Shown here: piece by piece, positions 45,912 to 56,476 of the stretch
Numbering within the stretch: the first letter of the stretch is position 1
How the letters are laid out: every line of letters begins with the position of its first letter
DNA from: an uncultured Flavobacteriaceae bacterium
GTDB lineage: Bacteria > Bacteroidota > Bacteroidia > Flavobacteriales > Flavobacteriaceae
Assembly: GCA_964631155.1 (NCBI GenBank)
Contig: CAZVYO010000011.1
Coordinates: 7,591-71,590, forward strand
DNA: 64,000 nucleotides
Reading direction: 5' to 3'
Translations under genes and position numbers: made by a program
The notes under the pieces: generated by a model
The model's database searches: none
What the model saw: only the letters and a program-made list of their open reading frames with translations
What the model was told of the DNA's origin: nothing

Positions 45912-47990
45912 ATGACCTTAACAGAACTATTAAAAGACTCAAATTACAAACTCACCCAATTTCAGGATGGTGACTATATTGAGAGATTTGAGCCTACTAT
46001 CTTTGTGAAAGAAGTCCGCGGTAAAGCAACACCTTATGTAAAATGTTTGGTGAGAAAGAAAGACATTAAGCTTACACCTGAAGAAGCGGTAAGACAACTG
46101 TACCTGATGGTTCTCTCTGAAAAATACAATTACCCACTTGATAGAATGCAGGTGGAGTATCCTGTCAATTTTGGACGACAGGTTAAGCGAGCTGACATTG
46201 TGGTATTTGATAAAATAGACCCACGCGCTATCTACCTAATGGTAGAAATGAAAAAACCTAAACTTAAAGATGGTAAAGAGCAATTAAAAAGTTATTGTAA
46301 TGCAACCGGAGCACCCATAGGTATCTGGAGTAATGGTGATTCCATATCCTATTATCACAGAAAAGACCCCAATTACTTTGAGGATATATCAGCGATTCCA
46401 ACGGCAAATGAAAAGCTGTCGGACATACTATCCGAACGATGGACTATTGATGATCTCATCAAAAAAGACAAGCTTGTAACCGAGAAAAAGTCGCTTAAGG
46501 ATCTAATCCTTGAAATGGAAGATGAAGTGCTTGCTAATGCTGGTGTTGATGTTTTTGAAGAACTTTTTAAACTCATTTTCACCAAACTCTATGACGAGAT
46601 GGAAAGCGGGCGTAACAGAACACGACATCTTGTTTTTAGAAATTACGGTGACACAGAAAGCGAACTCAAGCTTAAAATCCAAAATCTTTTTGACTGGGCA
46701 AATCGCAAATGGGATGGTGTTTTTACTAAGGATGCCAAGATTATGCTCACCCCATCTCACTTGTCAGTATGTGTTTCATCGCTGCAAGATGTAAAACTCT
46801 TCAATTCAAACCTTGATGTGGTAGATGAAGCTTTTGAGTATCTTATAAACAAGAGCAGCAAAGGTGAAAAGGGACAATATTTTACACCACGCTATGTAAT
46901 TGATATGTGTGTAAAAATGCTCAACCCTCAAGCCTCAGAAACGGTAATGGATACTGCGGCAGGTAGTTGTGGATTTCCTGTTCACGCTATTTTTCACGTT
47001 TGGGAACAGATACTTAAAGAAAAAGGTATCCCAAAAAGCCATCTTTTTACTACGGAAGAAAAGCCAATTGAGTGCATCGACTACGTTCAAAACAATGTGT
47101 TCGCCATTGACTTTGATGAAAAGGCAGTAAGAGTTGCACGTACCCTAAACCTTATCGCAGGTGATGGACAAACTAACGTTCTACACCTTAATACGCTCGA
47201 TTACGAGCGCTGGGATGAAAAGACAGAAGACACAAATTGGCAAGACACCTATTTTACAGGTTGGAAGAATCTGAGGAAACACAGAAAAAACAACGACTCT
47301 AACCGTGATTTCAAATTTGATGTGTTGATGGCAAATCCACCATTTGCGGGTGACATCAAAGAAAGTAGAATATTGGCTAAGTATGAGCTGGGTAAAAAGC
47401 CTAATGGAAAGTACCAGACTAAAGTAGGTCGTGATATTCTATTTATAGAACGCAACCTGGACTTTCTCGCACCTGGCGGGCGTATGGCAGTAGTACTACC
47501 GCAAGGTCGCTTTAACAACAGCAGCGATAAAAATATACGGGATTACATCGCAGAGCATTGCAGGATATTGGCAGTAGTAGGCTTGCACGGTAACGTATTT
47601 AAACCACATACAGGCACAAAAACCAGCGTACTGTTTGTTCAAAAATGGGATGATGAGCTTTGCCCACGTCAAGATGACTACCCCATTTTCTTCGCCACGA
47701 TGCAAGAACCCAGCAAGGATAATAGCGGTGAAAAGATTTTTGTTAAGAAAAGCGAATTTCCAAGAGCCAAAACAGTCCATAAAGATGCTGATGATGACCG
47801 CGTGGCAGAACCTGTGGATCATTATGATGAAGGACCTAAAAATCTGGATGAATACCTACTGGATACGCACGGGCATTTGATTGTAAAACACGACTTGTTT
47901 AATCACGATGGCTTGACTAAGGATGGGATTGCAGAAGCCTTCATCGAGTTTGCCAAAAAAGAAGAACTCTCATTTGTGGGAAAGGCCTAA
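45912..47990 (+). CDS. Fused restriction endonuclease-N6-adenine methyltransferase (HsdR_N-like nuclease + HsdM-like MTase)
   Basis: N-terminal PEE.VRQ...RADIVVF...VEMKK (PD-(D/E)xK); GQYFTPR; DTAAGSCGF (motif I); ANPPF (motif IV). Confidence 0.85.
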   Translation: MTLTELLKDSNYKLTQFQDGDYIERFEPTIFVKEVRGKATPYVKCLVRKKDIKLTPEEAVRQLYLMVLSEKYNYPLDRMQVEYPVNFGRQVKRADIVVFDKIDPRAIYLMVEMKKPKLKDGKEQLKSYCNATGAPIGIWSNGDSISYYHRKDPNYFEDISAIPTANEKLSDILSERWTIDDLIKKDKLVTEKKSLKDLILEMEDEVLANAGVDVFEELFKLIFTKLYDEMESGRNRTRHLVFRNYGDTESELKLKIQNLFDWANRKWDGVFTKDAKIMLTPSHLSVCVSSLQDVKLFNSNLDVVDEAFEYLINKSSKGEKGQYFTPRYVIDMCVKMLNPQASETVMDTAAGSCGFPVHAIFHVWEQILKEKGIPKSHLFTTEEKPIECIDYVQNNVFAIDFDEKAVRVARTLNLIAGDGQTNVLHLNTLDYERWDEKTEDTNWQDTYFTGWKNLRKHRKNNDSNRDFKFDVLMANPPFAGDIKESRILAKYELGKKPNGKYQTKVGRDILFIERNLDFLAPGGRMAVVLPQGRFNNSSDKNIRDYIAEHCRILAVVGLHGNVFKPHTGTKTSVLFVQKWDDELCPRQDDYPIFFATMQEPSKDNSGEKIFVKKSEFPRAKTVHKDADDDRVAEPVDHYDEGPKNLDEYLLDTHGHLIVKHDLFNHDGLTKDGIAEAFIEFAKKEELSFVGKA

Positions 47991-48019
47991 GCCCTTTTAA
48001 TGAATCCCATTATAGGGAA

Positions 48020-49438
48020 TTGTTAGAAGGGCTGGAAATTAGTGAAGTCAGTTTATCAGCTTTAGAATTTAGTTCAAGATTAGATAGTGAGTATTATCGA
48101 CCATCTTTATTAGAATATGAAAGAATAATTAGTTCTCAATCAAATTCTAACCTGTCAGAATTATCAGATTTCCTGATTGGACCTTTTGGTTCTGCATTTA
48201 CCGTAGATAAGTATACAAATGTAGAAGATTATAGATATATCAGAGGTAAAGATGTCAAACCATTGAAACTTAAGGATGATGACAACGTATTTATGCCAGA
48301 AGAGGACTACTACAGATTAGAAAAATATGCTTTACGCGAAAATGATATTTTGGTTACCGTAGTAGGAACATTAGGGAATGCAGCTTTAGTTACAAAAAAA
48401 GACTTACCTGCGATATTCAGTTGCAAAAGTACAGTACTACGGCCTTTCAATATTAATCCAGTCTATCTACTCACCTATATTAATTCAAAATATGGTCGCG
48501 AATTGTTACTCAGGAAAGAACGAGGCGCGATTCAAAAAGGTTTTAATCTTGGTGATCTTGAAAATTTAGAAATATTCTTACCATCAGAAGATTTTCAATT
48601 AAAAATTGAAAATTTATTTAAAAAATCCTTTTCTAATACAGAACGATCAAAAGCACTTTATTCCGAAGCCGAAACCCTTCTACTCAAAGAAATAGGTTTA
48701 AACGAATTTACACCCAACACAGATGGTATCAATATAAAAAGCCTATCCAGCAGCTTTGCCACTTCAGGCAGGCTCGATGCAGAGTATTACCAGCCGAAAT
48801 ATGATGATGTGATGGAAAAGGTCATCTCTCAGCCCTATGACTTGCTGTCCAACATCGTGAGTATAAAAAAATCCATAGAGCCAGGATCTAAAAATTACGT
48901 TGATGAAGATGGGTTACCGTTTATGAGAGTAGCCGATTATTCAAAATTTGGAATGACGGTCCCACAAAAGAGCCTTTCTCAAGAATATGTAAAAGAGAAT
49001 CAAAAAAAGATTAATAAACTAAAGCCTAAAGCTGGAACAATTTTGTTTTCGAAAGATGGTAGCGTGGGTACAGCTTATCATCTACGTAAAGATTTCGAAG
49101 GCATAACGTCAGGAGCCATATTACATCTTAACGTTAAGGATAAAAATAAAATCATACCAGAGTATCTCACTCTGGCTCTTAATTCTCAAGTAGTACAAAT
49201 GCAGGCTGAAAGAGACGCAGGTGGGTCGATCATTTTACATTGGCGCTTATCAGAGATTGAAAACGTAGTTGTTCCAATTATTGACTTGGATATACAAAAG
49301 CAGATTGCTGCATTAATAGAAGAGAGCTTTGCTCTAAAAAAGCAAAGCGAGCAGTTATTAGAAACCGCAAAGCGAGCTGTGGAAACAGCTATTGAGCAGG
49401 ACGAAGCGTCTGCCTTAAAACTTATAGATAATGAGTAA
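48020..49438 (+). CDS. Restriction-modification specificity (HsdS-like) subunit, two TRDs
   Basis: RLDSEYY/RLDAEYY repeats, DILVTVVGTLG, TILFSKDGSVG, conserved P...Q..I helical spacers. Confidence 0.85.
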   Translation: MLEGLEISEVSLSALEFSSRLDSEYYRPSLLEYERIISSQSNSNLSELSDFLIGPFGSAFTVDKYTNVEDYRYIRGKDVKPLKLKDDDNVFMPEEDYYRLEKYALRENDILVTVVGTLGNAALVTKKDLPAIFSCKSTVLRPFNINPVYLLTYINSKYGRELLLRKERGAIQKGFNLGDLENLEIFLPSEDFQLKIENLFKKSFSNTERSKALYSEAETLLLKEIGLNEFTPNTDGINIKSLSSSFATSGRLDAEYYQPKYDDVMEKVISQPYDLLSNIVSIKKSIEPGSKNYVDEDGLPFMRVADYSKFGMTVPQKSLSQEYVKENQKKINKLKPKAGTILFSKDGSVGTAYHLRKDFEGITSGAILHLNVKDKNKIIPEYLTLALNSQVVQMQAERDAGGSIILHWRLSEIENVVVPIIDLDIQKQIAALIEESFALKKQSEQLLETAKRAVETAIEQDEASALKLIDNE

Positions 49439-50438
49439 AGATAACCTACCCCAAGAAAGCGAGTTCTTAATGTATACTACACCGCAAGGTGAGGTAAAAC
49501 TCAATGTGCTCATTCTTGATGAAACTGTATGGCTCACTCAAGAAGGTATGCAAGAACTCTTCGGTCGGGCAAAATCGACGATCAGTGAGCATATCAGCAA
49601 TGTATTTGATGAAGGTGAATTAGATCGTGATTCAGTTGTTCGGGATTTCCGAACAACTGCCAGCGACGGTAAAATCTACAACACGTCTTTCTATAACCTC
49701 GATGTCATCATATCCGTTGGCTACCGTGTGAAATCCTTACGTGGTACACAATTCCGTATTTGGGCTACAAAAACCTTACGTGAATATATCATTAAAGGTT
49801 TTGCGATAGACGATGACCGGTTAAAACAAGCGCAAGGTACTTTTGGTAAAGACTATTTCCGTGAGTTGCTCGAGCGAGTTCAATCCATTCGTGCAAGTGA
49901 GCAACGCATCTACCATCAGGTTACGCAAATCTTTGCAGAGTGCAGCATCGATTACGACCCAAAAAGCCAGATTACCAAAAACTTTTATGCGATGGTGCAA
50001 AACAAATTTCATTACGCGATCACAGGTCAGACCGCGGCAGAAATAATACATAAACGTGCGGACCGCAAAAAGCCGCAAATGGGGCTTACCACTTTTAATA
50101 ACGCCCCAGAAGGTCGCATTTTAAAAACAGATGCCAAAATCGCGAAAAATTACCTTCAGGCTGATGAAATTAGAGAGCTGGAGCGCAACGTATCGGGCTA
50201 TTTTGATTACATAGAAAATCTCATTAAGCGCCGCAACACATTTACTATGCAGGGTCTGGCAACCAGCGTAGATAAATTTCTAAATTTCAATGAATATCAA
50301 ATTTTAGAAGGAAAAGGTCGTATTTCAAACAAACAAGCTATTGCCAAAGCAAACAAGGAATATGACGCCTTCAACAAAACACAAAAAATCTTGTCAGATT
50401 TTGACAAGCATTTAAAAAACAAAAAAAATCTTTCATAG
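49431..50438 (+). CDS. RhuM family protein
   Basis: ETVWLTQ..M.ELFG, YNLDVIISVGYRVKS.RGTQFRIWAT..LREYIIKGF..DD.RLK, RIRASE. Confidence 0.9.
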   Translation: MSKDNLPQESEFLMYTTPQGEVKLNVLILDETVWLTQEGMQELFGRAKSTISEHISNVFDEGELDRDSVVRDFRTTASDGKIYNTSFYNLDVIISVGYRVKSLRGTQFRIWATKTLREYIIKGFAIDDDRLKQAQGTFGKDYFRELLERVQSIRASEQRIYHQVTQIFAECSIDYDPKSQITKNFYAMVQNKFHYAITGQTAAEIIHKRADRKKPQMGLTTFNNAPEGRILKTDAKIAKNYLQADEIRELERNVSGYFDYIENLIKRRNTFTMQGLATSVDKFLNFNEYQILEGKGRISNKQAIAKANKEYDAFNKTQKILSDFDKHLKNKKNLS

Positions 50439-50466
50439 AAAGATCGTACGAATTAATTAACGGCAT

Positions 50467-52545
50467 ATGAAATTAGACCATTTATATTCATTAAGACGAA
50501 GCTTTACAGTTATTGGACTCACAGGAAGAACAGGTTCAGGATGTACAACAATGGCAACATTGTTATCAGGTTCTTATTCAACTCTTCAAAAAAAAGGTCT
50601 TCGAAATTTTACCAAAGAGAAAAACAAAGATGATCTTTTCTTAAGAAAATACCACATTGTCAAACAATTTGTGTCTACAGGTGATAATTGGATACCATTT
50701 GATGTAATCAGTTACAAAAACGTAATCTTACTTTATCTATTTAATAAGTATGGTGGTAATTATTATAAATTTCGTCGTTTGTTGAATGATTTTTATAGGG
50801 AATCTAAAAAAGAAAATAACACAGCTATCGCTAAAAGAGTTTCTGAAAAAATCATTGAAATTCACGTAAAGTACTCAGGCCTAATCGACAAAATAAAATC
50901 TTTAGAAAATATTGGATCTATTAAGAATCCAGACGATTTACTACTTCTAAATGAGATTTTTTTCGGGAAGCCATTCAAAAAGTTCAGTAAAGAAATATTC
51001 TCTGCTTTACAGTCCGAAGGCTATTATCGAAGAACCAATTTTTTACATCATATCGCTTGTAATATCAGGCAATCTGGGGATCCTCGTGTACCAACTGGAA
51101 AAACAGTTGAGAATATATACCAGATTGCTAATACCATCAATCGCATCATAAAGGCGAGAAAGCTGGCAAACGCCTCAAAGCCTACTAAGATTGTGATTGA
51201 TTCTTTAAGAAACTCTTTGGAAATTATGTTTTTTAGGGAACGTTATTCAGCATTTTATATGCTTGCCACAAAGGACGTAATGGAAAACTCAAAAGAGCGT
51301 ATCTTGATGAGACTGCCCAAAAATATTAAGGATGAATCAAAACGCAATGAGTTAGCAGATAGACTACTTGAATTGGACGAAACCGAGTACAAAACAAAAG
51401 ACTTCTCAAAAGGAATTTTTTCATCGCCTGACGTTGAAAATTGCATTCAAAAAAGCGATTATCATATTCTTAATTTAAAAAAAGAAGCAGTTGACGAATT
51501 TGTCAAAAAGTATGATCCACCATATCTCAAATTAAATTTTCTAACACGGGAAGAACAGCTACTTAAATTGGTTGCTTTAATCTCACAACCGGGATTAATA
51601 ACACCAAGTTCAGTTGAGCGATCTATGCAGGTTGCAAACTCGGCTAAACTAAATTCAGGTTGTATCTCAAGAAACGTAGGAGCCGCAATTACAGACGGAT
51701 CATTTCACGTTAAATCCATAGGTTGGAATGATGTAGCTAAAGGACATACACCTTGCAATCTTCGAGAAGTCCAAGACTTGATAAGTCCATCCTCAAAAAA
51801 ATGGCTTGATGAAACAAAACATTATAGTCCCTTCGAAAAAGGAAATGTATCCCAGAAATCGTCCTTTAAGTATAAGAACGAGAAGCCAGGCAATTTCAAG
51901 GAAGCCTTAACTGATTATTTTAGTGAACCATTAAATGAAAAGAAAGAAGATTTAAATGGTAAAAATTGTGCTTTTTGTTTTAAAACTGTTCATAATCATT
52001 ATGAAGGTGAAGCCAATCAAGTGCATACAAGATCTCTTCACGCAGAAGAAAATGCAATGCTTCAAATAACAAAACTCGGTGGACAAGGTGTAAATGGTGG
52101 TATCTTATTTACAACGGCCAGTCCCTGTGAATTATGCTCAAAAAAGGCATATCAATTAGGTATTGAGACAATATACTTTATAGATCCATATCCAGGAATT
52201 TCGAATGATCAAATACTAAAAGGAGGCCAAGAACGCACACAACCTAAAATGATTCCATTTTCTGGGGCAATCGGTATAGCCTATCACAAGTGCTACGATT
52301 CGTTTATGTCATATAAAGATGAAATTTCTATGACCCTTGAAATCAAAACCGATAATAAAGTTGGTATTCAGTTTAAGGAACTTCTTAAAACTTTGAAAGG
52401 AAAGGATCAAAGAATTGCAGATCTACTATCAAAGCAAGAGAAGTTCTCAGATGAAGATGTAATCAAACTTTTGACTGATGCTTTAAAGTCTAAGGAAGAA
52501 ATTATCTCAGATACTACCAATAATTTGAAACAACAGAATAAGTAA
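50467..52545 (+). CDS. Anti-phage dCTP deaminase (AvcD/Dcd-like: P-loop kinase-like + deaminase)
   Basis: IGLTGRTGSGCTT, IDSLRN..E, S.C.SR.VGA.I, GWNDV, LHAEENA, ASPCELC. Confidence 0.85.
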   Translation: MKLDHLYSLRRSFTVIGLTGRTGSGCTTMATLLSGSYSTLQKKGLRNFTKEKNKDDLFLRKYHIVKQFVSTGDNWIPFDVISYKNVILLYLFNKYGGNYYKFRRLLNDFYRESKKENNTAIAKRVSEKIIEIHVKYSGLIDKIKSLENIGSIKNPDDLLLLNEIFFGKPFKKFSKEIFSALQSEGYYRRTNFLHHIACNIRQSGDPRVPTGKTVENIYQIANTINRIIKARKLANASKPTKIVIDSLRNSLEIMFFRERYSAFYMLATKDVMENSKERILMRLPKNIKDESKRNELADRLLELDETEYKTKDFSKGIFSSPDVENCIQKSDYHILNLKKEAVDEFVKKYDPPYLKLNFLTREEQLLKLVALISQPGLITPSSVERSMQVANSAKLNSGCISRNVGAAITDGSFHVKSIGWNDVAKGHTPCNLREVQDLISPSSKKWLDETKHYSPFEKGNVSQKSSFKYKNEKPGNFKEALTDYFSEPLNEKKEDLNGKNCAFCFKTVHNHYEGEANQVHTRSLHAEENAMLQITKLGGQGVNGGILFTTASPCELCSKKAYQLGIETIYFIDPYPGISNDQILKGGQERTQPKMIPFSGAIGIAYHKCYDSFMSYKDEISMTLEIKTDNKVGIQFKELLKTLKGKDQRIADLLSKQEKFSDEDVIKLLTDALKSKEEIISDTTNNLKQQNK

Positions 52546-52616
52546 AAAAACTGAATAGAACATAGCAATTTATGAAGCACGTTTAAATCAACGTGATTAA
52601 AATCCTAATGTAGCTT

Positions 52617-54737
52617 ATGCAGGAACACCTCAAATCAAACGTACTTAACTTTCATTGGCCTAAAACCCTACCCACCTTTTTTCTAACATTAGAAGAGATT
52701 GAGGGAAGTTTTCCTGTACATAAATCTAAATTTTCTAAGCAAATAAAGGAATGTTTTAATGATGAGGATATTACCTCAAAGGATGAAATATACACAACCT
52801 ACGATAAACCATTACAGGATGCGCCATCTATAAAACTCAACCTAACCAACAGAAAGGAGCTACGTATATATAAGCAGTTCCTCAAGCACCAATTAAGAGA
52901 GCATTTTAGAAACAAAGGCTATATCGTTGGGAAAAACTTCGTAAGAGACGTTCAGGTGTGGTTGCCATCGTCAAATGAGAATACAGAGCATTACAATCTC
53001 TACTACAAGTTTTCATTTAAAATTCAGTTTCAAAAGATTTCAGAACTGCCAGAATTGGTGATTTCTTATGACGGCACGTCAAAAGTATTGACTTCCTCAG
53101 TTAAGGATATTGAAAACACAGAGCACATCGGGCGTTGCGTTTACGGCCAATCCACCTTCAACTACCAAATGCCGCTGGACACAGAGGAAAAGAGGGATTT
53201 CTATGATAGTATAGAATTTGATCAGGCGTTCCCGCTATTCAGGTTAGAATTAGCTCAAGAGTTGGGTATTCCTATAGACCCACCTCAAAAGCCCGACAAT
53301 AAATACAAGAAATACGTCGCATTGATAAACAGCTTTGCAACTAAGTATCTCTTTACAGATGAGTTCCAGTCTATTTTCGCTTTCGCGAAAGCGGAATTTA
53401 TCGACGTTCCGTTACATAGCATTCAGCATATCGACCCTAATAAAGGCTTGCTGGAATTTGGAAAGGACCAATACAATAATCGCAAAACGCATTTAGTACC
53501 TAAAATTGCGATGAACTCGCTTAACCCATACAGGCGACCGCCTATCCAAAACATTAAATTCTTCTTTGTTTACCATACCTCACACAAATCAGGTATAACC
53601 AGTTTTTATAACAATTTGAAATATGGTGTAAATGGATTAGATGCTAAGAAAACATATTTCAAGGGAATTGAAGACTACGTAAATATAAAGGCAGCTACCT
53701 CTAAAGGTCATTTTATTGAGTTCACAAATGAGAATGATCCAATACCAGAAATACAGGATCAGCTGGAAAACCTGAATTTTGACCACGATAACATTCGTTT
53801 TGCAGCATTTTATATCAGTCCTTTTGATCGTTTTACACCAGATCCTGAAGATCGTGAAGTGTATGTTAGAATAAAGGAATTGTTTCTAAATGAAGGTATT
53901 GTTACTCAGGTAGTCGACTACCAAAAGATGATAGAAAATATTGAAAATCAGTACACCTTTCAATTCACATTACAGAATATGACTTTAGCCCTTCACGCTA
54001 AGTTAGGTGGTGCCCCTTGGAAATTAGCCGTGACAGACAAAAAGGAATTGGTTATAGGTGTAGGTGCGTTTACTAATCAAGGTGAAAACAGGCGGTACAT
54101 TGCAAGCGCATTTAGCTTTCAAAACAATGGATTGTTTAGAGGTTTTGAGTACTTCGATCAAAGTGAAACAAAGCTATTAGCAGGAAGCATTTGTAAAGCA
54201 ATTCGTGATTTCACATCCATCGCAAAGGCAGATAAAGTAGTAATCCATTTCTATAAAGAAATGCGACGAGAAGAACTTCAACCTATTGTGAGAGGAATGA
54301 ACGCCTTGAAGCTTAAAGTACCGCTGTACATTTTAAATATCAACAAGACCGAGTCGGAAGATATTATAGCCTATGATTTGAATTGGGGCGATAAGCTGAT
54401 GCCTGTAAGTGGTACAACCATACGTATTGATGAAAACCAATACTTGCTATTCAATAATGCCAGGTATCCAAAATCGCAATGGTATGCAGACTCAGAAGGC
54501 TATCCGTTCCCAATAAAAATCAGGATCAGCAGTCCAGATGAAGATGCTTTAGAAGATATGGATACGGTAAAACAGCTATTAACACAGGTGTATCAATTTA
54601 GTAGATTATATTGGAAATCTTTACGCCAACAAAATGTACCTATCACGATCAAGTATTCTGAAATGGTGGCCAAAATAGCACCTCGCTTTAATGCCCCTAT
54701 CCCTGCACACGCTAAAGACAAGCTATGGTTTCTGTAA
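52617..54737 (+). CDS. Prokaryotic Argonaute, long form, catalytically inactive (long-B-like)
   Basis: MID 5'-phosphate pocket Y..IK, TQ, N...ALHAKLGG.PW; PIWI ELVIGVG (G at the first catalytic D), VVIHFYK (no D), PITIKYSEM; C-terminal LWFL. Confidence 0.88.
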   Translation: MQEHLKSNVLNFHWPKTLPTFFLTLEEIEGSFPVHKSKFSKQIKECFNDEDITSKDEIYTTYDKPLQDAPSIKLNLTNRKELRIYKQFLKHQLREHFRNKGYIVGKNFVRDVQVWLPSSNENTEHYNLYYKFSFKIQFQKISELPELVISYDGTSKVLTSSVKDIENTEHIGRCVYGQSTFNYQMPLDTEEKRDFYDSIEFDQAFPLFRLELAQELGIPIDPPQKPDNKYKKYVALINSFATKYLFTDEFQSIFAFAKAEFIDVPLHSIQHIDPNKGLLEFGKDQYNNRKTHLVPKIAMNSLNPYRRPPIQNIKFFFVYHTSHKSGITSFYNNLKYGVNGLDAKKTYFKGIEDYVNIKAATSKGHFIEFTNENDPIPEIQDQLENLNFDHDNIRFAAFYISPFDRFTPDPEDREVYVRIKELFLNEGIVTQVVDYQKMIENIENQYTFQFTLQNMTLALHAKLGGAPWKLAVTDKKELVIGVGAFTNQGENRRYIASAFSFQNNGLFRGFEYFDQSETKLLAGSICKAIRDFTSIAKADKVVIHFYKEMRREELQPIVRGMNALKLKVPLYILNINKTESEDIIAYDLNWGDKLMPVSGTTIRIDENQYLLFNNARYPKSQWYADSEGYPFPIKIRISSPDEDALEDMDTVKQLLTQVYQFSRLYWKSLRQQNVPITIKYSEMVAKIAPRFNAPIPAHAKDKLWFL

Positions 54738-56467
54738 TGAAGTGGACAAAGGAACAGCAAGCCATCATTGAGGCAAAGGGAAACTTGAGAGTAAATGCTA
54801 TTGCGGGATCAGGTAAAACATCTACGTTGATTGAGTATGCAGCAAACCAACCACCCAATAAGCGTATTTTATATCTTGCATTCAATAGCTCGGTACAATC
54901 AGAGGCTTACCATAAATTCAAAGCGAGAGGACTAAGAAATGTATTTTCAAAAACCGCGCATTCCCTTGCAAAGCGAGAAATAGTAGATCGTGGTAACTAT
55001 CAACTACAAGGTGACGGTTATAAAGCCCATCAAATTGCCGAAATACTGAATCTAAAAGGAAAGGCGCAGGACTACTACGTTTATATTTTGGCAACACACG
55101 TTAGAAATTTCATTGCCTACTTCTGCAACAGCACAGCATCAGACTTTGATGAGTTAGATTATTTGGAGTCTATCAATGAGCCCGCAGCATTAAAATTTGC
55201 CTTGTCCAACGAAAAATATATCGATCGTTATACTAAAAGATTTTATCAGTTGATGGATGAAGCTAAAATTCCTGTAACTCACGATTATTATCTTAAAAAA
55301 TTTCAATTAAGTAACCCTACTTTAAATCTTGACTATATCCTATTTGATGAAGGTCAAGATGCATCACCGGCTATGTTGGATGTTTTCCTAAAGCAAGATT
55401 GTACCAAAGTTATTGTAGGCGATACACATCAGCAGATTTATTCGTGGCGTTATGCGATAAACTCTTTGGAGCAAGTTGATTTTCCAACACTTCACCTGTC
55501 CAATAGTTTTAGATTCAATATGGAAATCGCCACATTGTCAAAGCACGTTCTTAGTTATAAAAAAGCATTGGACATATCAGATGAGTGTAAGATTGTAGGA
55601 AAGGGAACAAATAAATCGACCAATCTTAAAGCCATAATTGCACGTACTAATATCCAGCTATTGTCCGAAGCATTCTATTATCTAATAGAGGCTAAGGTGG
55701 TAAATAAGATATATTTTGAAGGTGGCTTCAACTCATACACTTTTGCGGGTTCTGGAGCATCATTATGGGATGTTTACAATCTCTTTCAAGGAAACCATAA
55801 GTACATAAGAGATAAGATGATTAAAAGTATGCAATCCATCGGAGAGCTACAATCTTACATCAAGCAAACAGGTGATTTAGAACTTCATCTTATCGTTGAA
55901 ATAATACTTCAATACAAAACGCAGTTTCCTGACATATTGAAAAAAATAGGCAACCATTGTGTGCATCAAAATGAAAGAGAAAACGCCGAACTAATCTTCA
56001 CGACAGCACATAGAAGTAAAGGGATGGAGTACGATGTGGTCAAGGTGTGCAATGATTTTATAGATTGGGAAGAGGTTCAAAAAGAACTAAATGGCCCACA
56101 AGCCGCATCCTTAGACAAGAAGGGGTTGAACGAAGAAATTAATTTATTGTATGTAAGTGCTACAAGAACCAAAAATAGGCTCTACATACCATCGCAACAT
56201 ATTCCAAAAAATGATTTTGGTTACAAAACTATTCGCCCTCAGTATAGGTTTGATAAAGATGTTTTCGGTATTGATCGTAATATGTCCACAGTTACAGTAA
56301 CGTATATACAAGAACCTGACTATTCTAATCAATGGACATCAGAAGATGAAGCTAAAGTAAGAACAATGCACAAGGACGGCTTTTCAATCTTAGAGATTGC
56401 CGCTGAACTCGAGCGTTCCAAGAAAGCGGTAGCCTTACGAATGCATAAATTGAACATAGAACCTTAA
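54737..56467 (+). CDS. UvrD/Rep-like SF1 helicase with C-terminal HTH
   Basis: AIAGSGKT, FDEGQD, VGDTHQQIYSWR, SFRF, ARTN, TAHRSKGMEYD, LLYVSATR; tail WTSEDE...GFSILEIAAELERS. ATG overlaps the pAgo stop (TAATG). Confidence 0.88.
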   Translation: MKWTKEQQAIIEAKGNLRVNAIAGSGKTSTLIEYAANQPPNKRILYLAFNSSVQSEAYHKFKARGLRNVFSKTAHSLAKREIVDRGNYQLQGDGYKAHQIAEILNLKGKAQDYYVYILATHVRNFIAYFCNSTASDFDELDYLESINEPAALKFALSNEKYIDRYTKRFYQLMDEAKIPVTHDYYLKKFQLSNPTLNLDYILFDEGQDASPAMLDVFLKQDCTKVIVGDTHQQIYSWRYAINSLEQVDFPTLHLSNSFRFNMEIATLSKHVLSYKKALDISDECKIVGKGTNKSTNLKAIIARTNIQLLSEAFYYLIEAKVVNKIYFEGGFNSYTFAGSGASLWDVYNLFQGNHKYIRDKMIKSMQSIGELQSYIKQTGDLELHLIVEIILQYKTQFPDILKKIGNHCVHQNERENAELIFTTAHRSKGMEYDVVKVCNDFIDWEEVQKELNGPQAASLDKKGLNEEINLLYVSATRTKNRLYIPSQHIPKNDFGYKTIRPQYRFDKDVFGIDRNMSTVTVTYIQEPDYSNQWTSEDEAKVRTMHKDGFSILEIAAELERSKKAVALRMHKLNIEP

Positions 56468-56476
56468 CCAATTGAA

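Noticed and set aside
45912-49438. Complete Type I R-M system
   Set aside because: No HsdR with DEAD-box translocase motifs in the island; the nuclease domain is fused to the MTase.
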